In this document: in pieces, positions 57,579 through 64,000 of the stretch
Position numbering within the stretch: the stretch's first letter is position 1
How the letters are laid out: the number at the start of each line of letters is the position of its first letter
DNA from: a virus
Lineage: Duplodnaviria; Caudoviricetes
IMG/VR virus record: IMGVR_UViG_3300005264_000079
Location: 1 to 64,000 of that record
Reading direction: 5' to 3' (one strand)
DNA length: 64,000 nucleotides
Program-made: the position numbers and the translations under genes
The notes under the pieces: model-generated
Told to the model about the DNA's origin: nothing
Databases searched by the model: none
What the model saw: the letters and a program-made list of their open reading frames with translations, nothing else

Positions 57579-58846
57579 AAAGATTAAAAGAATTTGTAGA
57601 GGAAGCTAATGCTTCAAATTCAACGTTGGATAAGAAGGATGTAGTCAGGAATTATCCTGATTTAAAAAATATATTTGTTTGGACATACTCCCCTTACACA
57701 AAGTTTAATGTGACTTCAAAGCAGATTAAGAAGAGGAAAGATTTATGTGGCGATTTAGCACATATTACGCTAATTGCCTTGTTGCAGGATTTGAATGAAA
57801 GAGCATTGACAGGGTATGAGGCAATCTCTGCTGTCAATGCATTTATTACAAATAATGCTGAGTATGAAGAGATTATTTATAGTGTTATTGATAAGAATTT
57901 GAAAACAAGAACAGATGCAAAACTAATCAATTCAGTATTTCCCAAACTAATACCTACATTTAATGTTGCTTTGGCAAATAAATACTTTGATAGAGTTGAT
58001 AAGGTAGATTTTAACAAAGATACGTGGTATGCCAGTAGGAAGTTGGACGGAGTGCGATGCATAGCCATTCCTGATAGTAATGGTAAGTATTCTATGTTCT
58101 CCAGAGTAGGGAAAGAATATGTCACATTACAGAAAGTGGTAGATTCTCTTAACCATCTTAATTCTGGAATGGTGTTTGATGGTGAAATATGTATTGTAGA
58201 TGATAATGGTAATGAGCATTTTGAGGATGTAATGAAGGAAATCCGTAAAAAAGGACATACAATTGAACATCCAAGGTACAAAATATTTGATTGCCTCACT
58301 ATAGAAGAGTTTAGCGATGAAATGTCAAATACTATCCTTAACCATAGGATAGCACGTTATTCTCAGCTTTCAGCCGCTCCCTATCTTGACCCTGTTCCAC
58401 AGAGTGTAGTAAATAACACAGAACAGCTTATGCAGATGTTTGATGAAGCAATTAACAGTGGCTGGGAAGGGTTGATTATCCGTAAAGATGTGGGTTATGA
58501 GGGGAAAAGAACAAATAATCTCCTTAAAGTGAAGAAAATGATTGACGCTGAATATGTTGTTGCATCAATAGAGTCTGGCCCATTTAGGATTATTTCAAAA
58601 GAAACAGGACTTGAAGAACAGGAGGAGATGCTTGCTAGAGTGAATATCACCCATAAAGGCAATAACGTGGGTGTAGGGAGTGGGTTTTCAATTGATCAGA
58701 GAAGGAAATATCTTAAAAATCCCAATGAAATAGTTGGGAAAACGATAACAGTAGCTTACTTCGAGGAAACAAAAGATAAAGATGGGAATTACAGCTTGAG
58801 ATTCCCTGTTGTGAAGCATATTTATGAGGATGGGAGGAACGTATAA
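57572..58846 (+). CDS. ATP-dependent DNA ligase
   Basis: RKLDGVRC, FDGEI, IFD, EGLIIR, LLKVKK, VGSGF, SLRFP. Confidence 0.93.
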   Translation: MLKRLKEFVEEANASNSTLDKKDVVRNYPDLKNIFVWTYSPYTKFNVTSKQIKKRKDLCGDLAHITLIALLQDLNERALTGYEAISAVNAFITNNAEYEEIIYSVIDKNLKTRTDAKLINSVFPKLIPTFNVALANKYFDRVDKVDFNKDTWYASRKLDGVRCIAIPDSNGKYSMFSRVGKEYVTLQKVVDSLNHLNSGMVFDGEICIVDDNGNEHFEDVMKEIRKKGHTIEHPRYKIFDCLTIEEFSDEMSNTILNHRIARYSQLSAAPYLDPVPQSVVNNTEQLMQMFDEAINSGWEGLIIRKDVGYEGKRTNNLLKVKKMIDAEYVVASIESGPFRIISKETGLEEQEEMLARVNITHKGNNVGVGSGFSIDQRRKYLKNPNEIVGKTITVAYFEETKDKDGNYSLRFPVVKHIYEDGRNV

Positions 58847-58945
58847 GGTATATAATCTTTTGAGCACTATAATAAAATTATACATTGTGTGCTAAATTTC
58901 TCATTTTCTTGTACTATAACAAATATATGAAGTAAAGGAGTAAAC

Positions 58946-59677
58946 ATGGAAGAAGAAAAGAGTGTAAATGAGAAAAAAGCTGATGGAGTGAGAAAACGAT
59001 GGGATATGGCAGAGGCTTTTAATGACCCAGAAGAAAGGTCTGGTAAACGATTTGACTATACTTGTTTCAAACCATTCAAGTTGTCCATTAAGCAAAAAGA
59101 GTTTATTGTAACGTACATGAATCCTCCCTATTTAGGTAATAGGATGCACAGATATACAGTGTATGGTAAGGTGTACAACCCCTCTTCTGATAATGCTTGT
59201 AAAGCAAATTGTACAGCTTTGATGAATAAGAGCAAGATGAAAGAAGCTATGGTAGCTTATCAGGTGCACTCTCTAAAAAACCATAAGACAGAGGTAACAA
59301 CAGAGACAATTGAAAATCTCAGGAAAAGAGCAAATTACCCCATTGAGGTGTTTTACAATGATGATGGTACTTGCAAGAATTTGAGTAGTATTCCTACAGA
59401 GTGGCATATTTGTATTGATAATATTAAAATTGATAAAAAGTCAAATGCTGGTAAGGGTGTAATTGAGACGAAAGAGTACAAATTGTGTGATAGAGATAAA
59501 GCACGAGAAGCTTTGGTTAAAATGTTAGGTGTTTTTAAGGATATGGAGAAAATTGAGGTGAGTGTGCCTACAGGTGGAAAGGACGCTATTGATAGTGCTG
59601 AAGGGAATAATGCTGGTGGTTCTCAAATAGTGTTGAATATGAGTGTTGGGCATATGCCACAGAAGGAGAATAAGTAA
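58946..59677 (+). CDS. terminase small subunit (putative)
   Basis: KQ..F...Y N-terminal HTH; KL.DRDKA.E.L.K.LG; position upstream of TerL. Confidence 0.65.
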   Translation: MEEEKSVNEKKADGVRKRWDMAEAFNDPEERSGKRFDYTCFKPFKLSIKQKEFIVTYMNPPYLGNRMHRYTVYGKVYNPSSDNACKANCTALMNKSKMKEAMVAYQVHSLKNHKTEVTTETIENLRKRANYPIEVFYNDDGTCKNLSSIPTEWHICIDNIKIDKKSNAGKGVIETKEYKLCDRDKAREALVKMLGVFKDMEKIEVSVPTGGKDAIDSAEGNNAGGSQIVLNMSVGHMPQKENK

Positions 59678-59762
59678 TTTATGGAAGGGATTGATATCAA
59701 AATAACTATGGGGGAAGCATTGCACTTTAGTAATACTATATGTAAATCTTTTTTTTATAAGT

Positions 59763-59996
59763 ATGGTAGCTTTGATAGGTTTGACTGCAATAGGGCAGTT
59801 TGTTGAGGACATACCAGACGACAATAGTTGTTCTATGTATTTTACAGATGACTACCTTAAAGCTATAATTCTGCCAAAATGCTTTATTGCTAATGGTTAT
59901 AGTGCATTTGTGTTGTATGATGAGCTTATGTCTAATGAAGATGAGTATATAGTTTTAGTAAACAAGATTTTTAATTGTGGCACTTTTGAAAAGTAG
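59763..59996 (+). CDS. hypothetical protein (probably frameshifted from the ATG at 59681)
   Basis: an upstream frame runs into a T8 tract. Confidence 0.4.
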   Translation: MVALIGLTAIGQFVEDIPDDNSCSMYFTDDYLKAIILPKCFIANGYSAFVLYDELMSNEDEYIVLVNKIFNCGTFEK

Positions 59997-60007
59997 GGGA
60001 ATATTTC

Positions 60008-62575
60008 ATGGCTAAAAAGGATATGGCTAAAATAAATGATAACAAGCCAGTTAATTTCACATTTAATTTTTCGGATAAGCAGAATTTTGCTTATTCAGTT
60101 GATGCTAATGAGATATTTTTTGGTGGCAGTAAAGGATCTGGTAAATTACTAGATTTAGATACCCCCATTTTAACAAAAAGTGGATGGAAGACCATGGGAA
60201 CTATACATCCTGGGGACTACGTTTTTGGGGATGATGGTAAACCAACTAAAGTAATTGCTGAATCAGAAATTGACATAGAAGAAGAAACTTATGAATTAAT
60301 TTTTGATGATGGTTCAAGTATAATTGAAAGAAAAAAAACAAGACCTTCCAGAGGAAAAGGGGAAAAACAATGGCTTGCAGAAATTAATTCTAAACGTGAG
60401 TATAAGTATGATAATAGTATAAGTGGTGGTATTAGGACTACAAAAGATATTTTCAATACTTTTAAGACTTCACAAGGGTATACTAATCACGCAATTCCTG
60501 TAGCAAAAGCCCTAGTGTATCCTGAACAATGGGAATTGTTTGAGAAACTTGGCTATAAAGTTTCTCATAGCACAAAAGATAATATACATCATTGCATACT
60601 TGGTTTAAAAGTACAGTTACGGGAATTAAACTTGCTAAATAATAAACATATTCCTGATATTTATAAGTACAGTTCATACGCCCAACGTGTGGAATTGCTT
60701 AGGGGTTTATTTGACGCTGATGGGACAATAGCAAAAAGAGGAAAAACTGAGATATCATTATCTGATGAGAGACTGTTTGATGACACTTTTTTTGTGTTAA
60801 GTTCTTTAGGGATAAAATGCAACAAGAATAAGAATAAAGCCTATTTGCATGGTGTCAGGAAAAAGGATAGATATAGGACGTCCTTCTCCACAACTATACC
60901 TCTGTTTCATTTACCAAGAAAGTTAGAGCGGGTTCCAAAGAAGGTTGGTGCTACAACTAAATTTAGATATATTTGCGGTATAAGTAAAATTGAAAATAGA
61001 GCAAAAAAATGTATTGAAGTGGATAATAGCACTCATTTGTATTTAGTAGGCAAGGCTTTAATTCCCACACATAATTCACATCTAATACGATATGCGTCTA
61101 TTTTGTATAGTTTGGCAGTGCCAGGATTACAGACATATTTGTTTAGACGGACAAGTAAGCAGGTTCGGTCTAATCACTTATTTGGTAGTACGGGATACAT
61201 GTCAGTATTAAAACCTTTTATAGATGCAGGAAAGGTTGACATTAACCAGTCTGATAATAGAATAGACTTTTTTCACAAAGATGATAATGGTAATTCACTA
61301 CCAACATCCTCTATTTTTTTGCGTCATTGTCAATACCAACAAGATGTTGAGGTCTACAGAGGATGTGAAATTCATTTTTTGATAATGGATGAGCTTACTC
61401 ACTTCACTGCCTACCAGTATAAGACATTAAGGAGTTGTGTCCGTTTAGGCTTGAAGGTGGATTACAAAAAAGCTCAAGAGATATTGACTTTTTATGATAG
61501 TGCGGGAGTATTAACTGGTAAAGCAGAGCCAGGATTTTTCCCAAGGATTCTATGTGCAAGTAATCCTGGGAATATTGGTCACCAGTGGGTGAAAAGTGCC
61601 TGGATTGATTCTATGCCTCCTAATACAGTGCGACAAATGCCAGATGAAGATGGGGGTATGAAACGGATTTTTGTTGAAGCAAAGCTTGAGGATAATTATC
61701 ACTTGTTGGAAAGTGATCCTTCATATAAAGCCAAACTTATAGGGGTAGGAGGGGATGCCGCAAGAGCAATGCTTGCAGGAGATTGGAATATAGCATCAGG
61801 ATCAGCATTGGCTGACTGTTGGGACGCTCAGTATAATGTTATAGAGCCTTTTGATATCCCTGATGATTGGCATATTGATCGAAGTTTCGACTGGGGGAGT
61901 GCTAAACCATTTGCAGTTTGTTACTTTGCTGAAGCAACAGGTACATCTGTCAGACTGCACAATGGGCAAACATACACACCTCCTAATGGTACGGTATTTA
62001 TGATTGGGGAAATATATGGAAATGACCCTGATGATTCAGATCCAGATAAGGGTTGTAAGTGGTCAGCAAGGAGAGTAGGGGCAGCACTTAAAGAATATGA
62101 GGATTCAACACGATGGGGATATAGAGTGCTCCCCGGTGCTGGTGATGGGCAGATATTTGAAGCAAATAGATCAGGTACAGATGAGAATATAAATGATAAC
62201 TTACTTAGTGGTTACAACAGTTATCAAGCAAGTAATGAACATGCAAGCTACATCAACCAACATACTGAGGAATTGTTTATTCGTGCAGATAAGTCAAAAG
62301 GATCAAGGAAAAAAGGTCTTGAGCTATTGCGGTCTTACTTGTTAGATGCACATTATAAAGATGTGGATGGGGAATTGATACCATCAGAAGAAGCTGGTTT
62401 CATTTTATTTGAAAATTGTACGAATGCCATAAGGACATTACCAGCAATACCAAGAGATGAGCATGATCCAGAGGACGTAAACAGTGAGGCTCCAGATCAT
62501 ATCTACGATGTTTGTCGTTATCGTTTGGCTTCGAGAAGGCCTCAATTCCAGACATTAGACATAATAGGACTATAA
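60008..62575 (+). CDS. terL: terminase large subunit with intein
   Basis: FGGSKGSGK|S, LFRRT, IMDELTHF, ASNPG..GH.WVK, DWGS, DGQ, DH.YD..RY. Confidence 0.93.
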   Translation: MAKKDMAKINDNKPVNFTFNFSDKQNFAYSVDANEIFFGGSKGSGKLLDLDTPILTKSGWKTMGTIHPGDYVFGDDGKPTKVIAESEIDIEEETYELIFDDGSSIIERKKTRPSRGKGEKQWLAEINSKREYKYDNSISGGIRTTKDIFNTFKTSQGYTNHAIPVAKALVYPEQWELFEKLGYKVSHSTKDNIHHCILGLKVQLRELNLLNNKHIPDIYKYSSYAQRVELLRGLFDADGTIAKRGKTEISLSDERLFDDTFFVLSSLGIKCNKNKNKAYLHGVRKKDRYRTSFSTTIPLFHLPRKLERVPKKVGATTKFRYICGISKIENRAKKCIEVDNSTHLYLVGKALIPTHNSHLIRYASILYSLAVPGLQTYLFRRTSKQVRSNHLFGSTGYMSVLKPFIDAGKVDINQSDNRIDFFHKDDNGNSLPTSSIFLRHCQYQQDVEVYRGCEIHFLIMDELTHFTAYQYKTLRSCVRLGLKVDYKKAQEILTFYDSAGVLTGKAEPGFFPRILCASNPGNIGHQWVKSAWIDSMPPNTVRQMPDEDGGMKRIFVEAKLEDNYHLLESDPSYKAKLIGVGGDAARAMLAGDWNIASGSALADCWDAQYNVIEPFDIPDDWHIDRSFDWGSAKPFAVCYFAEATGTSVRLHNGQTYTPPNGTVFMIGEIYGNDPDDSDPDKGCKWSARRVGAALKEYEDSTRWGYRVLPGAGDGQIFEANRSGTDENINDNLLSGYNSYQASNEHASYINQHTEELFIRADKSKGSRKKGLELLRSYLLDAHYKDVDGELIPSEEAGFILFENCTNAIRTLPAIPRDEHDPEDVNSEAPDHIYDVCRYRLASRRPQFQTLDIIGL
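60146..61075 (+). mobile_element. class-3-type intein (310 aa) in the TerL Walker A, with a partial LAGLIDADG
   Basis: LLDLDTPILT.SGW block A; LLRGLFDADG; KKCIEV block F; IPTHN then Ser. Confidence 0.85.
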
Positions 62576-62595
62576 AACAATTTAAGGAGATATAA

Positions 62596-64000
62596 ATGGG
62601 AACAGAACATTTAAAGGGAGTGCTTAGTGTCCTCTCTGATGCTAAGGAGGGGGATATCCTCCCAATAAACCTCACAACACCACACCCTTTGTACAGTAAG
62701 TATGCAGAGATTTGGGGGAAGTGTAGGGATGCTTCTGATGGCGAAGAGGCAATTAAGGGGATTTACGATCATCAGAACGCCGGTTATTCTTCTGGAGGCA
62801 GGACAAGACAGTATTTACCAAAGTTAAATGGGCAAAGCCAAGAGGAATATGCTAACTACCTTAGCAGAGCACATTGGTTTGGGGCTTCTTCAAGAACAAT
62901 AGGAGCTTATTTGGGGATGATTTACCGTAAGAATCCTCAAGTGTTTTACAAAAAGGAAAGGGAAACAGAAATTCCTGATGATTTTTTTAATAACATTTCT
63001 GTAGAGGGTGCTTCCCTTACAGATTTCATGCACGAGGTGACAGAGGAGATTATTACTGTAAATCGTGTAGGGGTGTTAGTGGACTACCCTCAAAATTCTG
63101 AGGCACAGAACGCTACTTCAGCATATGAATATGAGGAGATTGTAAAAGAGAAAAGACTCACTCCTAATGTTTCTATGTATAAGACAGAGACAATAGTGAA
63201 TTGGAATTGGACCTATATTGATGGGAAGTTAATTCCAATGTATTTTGTTTTAAAAGAAGAAGTATACAATGGTATAGACATGGGTTCCTTAGCTCCTGTA
63301 AAAACAGATATTTATAGGATTTTATTCTTAGAGCCTTACGAAAAGTTTTACAGGTATAAACAGCTTGTGTTTGAGAGTGTTGTTAGTGGTGTTGTTTCTA
63401 ATAGTAATAGAGTTACAGAAGTGATAACCCCTCAGATGAATGGAAAATACATTCCATTCATTCCTTTTTACATTCTTGATGATAAAGGTATAAACTTTAA
63501 AAATATTAAGAAGCCTATGATCAATGATCTTGTGAATGTCAATGTTGGGCATTTTAGGAACTCTGCTGATTGGGAAAATGAGCTTCATATCGTTGGGCAT
63601 AAAACGTTGTATTTCCCAGGATGGGATAAGAAGGTGTATGGTAATCCTAAGATTGGAGGGGCTTTAGCAGGCCCTGCAAATTGTGAACCTAAGATGATAG
63701 AAGCAAGTTCTGATTCTGGGATTAGAAAGGAAATGGATAAGAAAGTGGAGGAAATGGCTGTACTCGGTTCAGAGAAGATTTCCAATGCTTCAGGTTTTAA
63801 TACTTCAGTGCCAGCAGGAAGAATGGCAACAGCTTCTGAATCTTCGACATTAACACTGCTTGCTGGATCTCTTGGGAGGTCTTTCACAGTTATAGGTAGG
63901 TTTTTGTTACAGTGGGCTGGTATAGAGGATACAGGAATAAATGTTCAGGTAAATAAAGATTTCTTCCAAGATGACATCACTGGAGCAGAAGTACTTGAGT
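62596..64000 (+). CDS. portal protein (DUF4055-like), truncated by the window end
   Basis: HP.Y...W...RD...G, YLP, Y..YL.RA, G.I.RK.P; frame consistent to VNKDF at 63949. Confidence 0.85.
   Translation, partial: MGTEHLKGVLSVLSDAKEGDILPINLTTPHPLYSKYAEIWGKCRDASDGEEAIKGIYDHQNAGYSSGGRTRQYLPKLNGQSQEEYANYLSRAHWFGASSRTIGAYLGMIYRKNPQVFYKKERETEIPDDFFNNISVEGASLTDFMHEVTEEIITVNRVGVLVDYPQNSEAQNATSAYEYEEIVKEKRLTPNVSMYKTETIVNWNWTYIDGKLIPMYFVLKEEVYNGIDMGSLAPVKTDIYRILFLEPYEKFYRYKQLVFESVVSGVVSNSNRVTEVITPQMNGKYIPFIPFYILDDKGINFKNIKKPMINDLVNVNVGHFRNSADWENELHIVGHKTLYFPGWDKKVYGNPKIGGALAGPANCEPKMIEASSDSGIRKEMDKKVEEMAVLGSEKISNASGFNTSVPAGRMATASESSTLTLLAGSLGRSFTVIGRFLLQWAGIEDTGINVQVNKDFFQDDITGAEVLE

Overview
This window is part of a large, AT-rich tailed dsDNA phage genome (Caudoviricetes, standard genetic code, sigma70-type TTGACA-N16/17-TATAAT promoters, AGGAG RBS). 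1-47.9 kb is an almost continuous minus-strand block. It carries recombination/replication genes (UvsX, gp32-like SSB, UvsY, DnaX-like clamp loader, beta-clamp, family A DNA polymerase with an N-terminal UDG-like domain, Pif1/RecD, DnaB, SNF2, primase) and nucleotide metabolism genes (class II RNR with an HNH-bearing intein, glutaredoxin, MazG, ThyX-like, dNMP kinase, HAD nucleotidase). It also has translation/RNA-repair genes (tRNA-Gln, Pth2, RNA ligase), four DNA-modification genes (three MTases and a Mom-like protein), a tyrosine recombinase, two antirepressor-type proteins and a ParB-like protein. 48.5-54.9 kb is a visibly more AT-rich island of small genes, most with their own strong promoter, bounded by repeat- and palindrome-rich non-coding DNA and centred on an (ATT)30 tract between back-to-back promoters; it resembles an early/terminal-repeat module. 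55-64 kb (plus strand) has decayed gene fragments, then a Ser/Thr phosphatase, DNA ligase, small terminase, large terminase with an unusual deleted class-3-type intein, and the 5' part of a portal gene. All calls come from motif recognition by eye; no searches were run.
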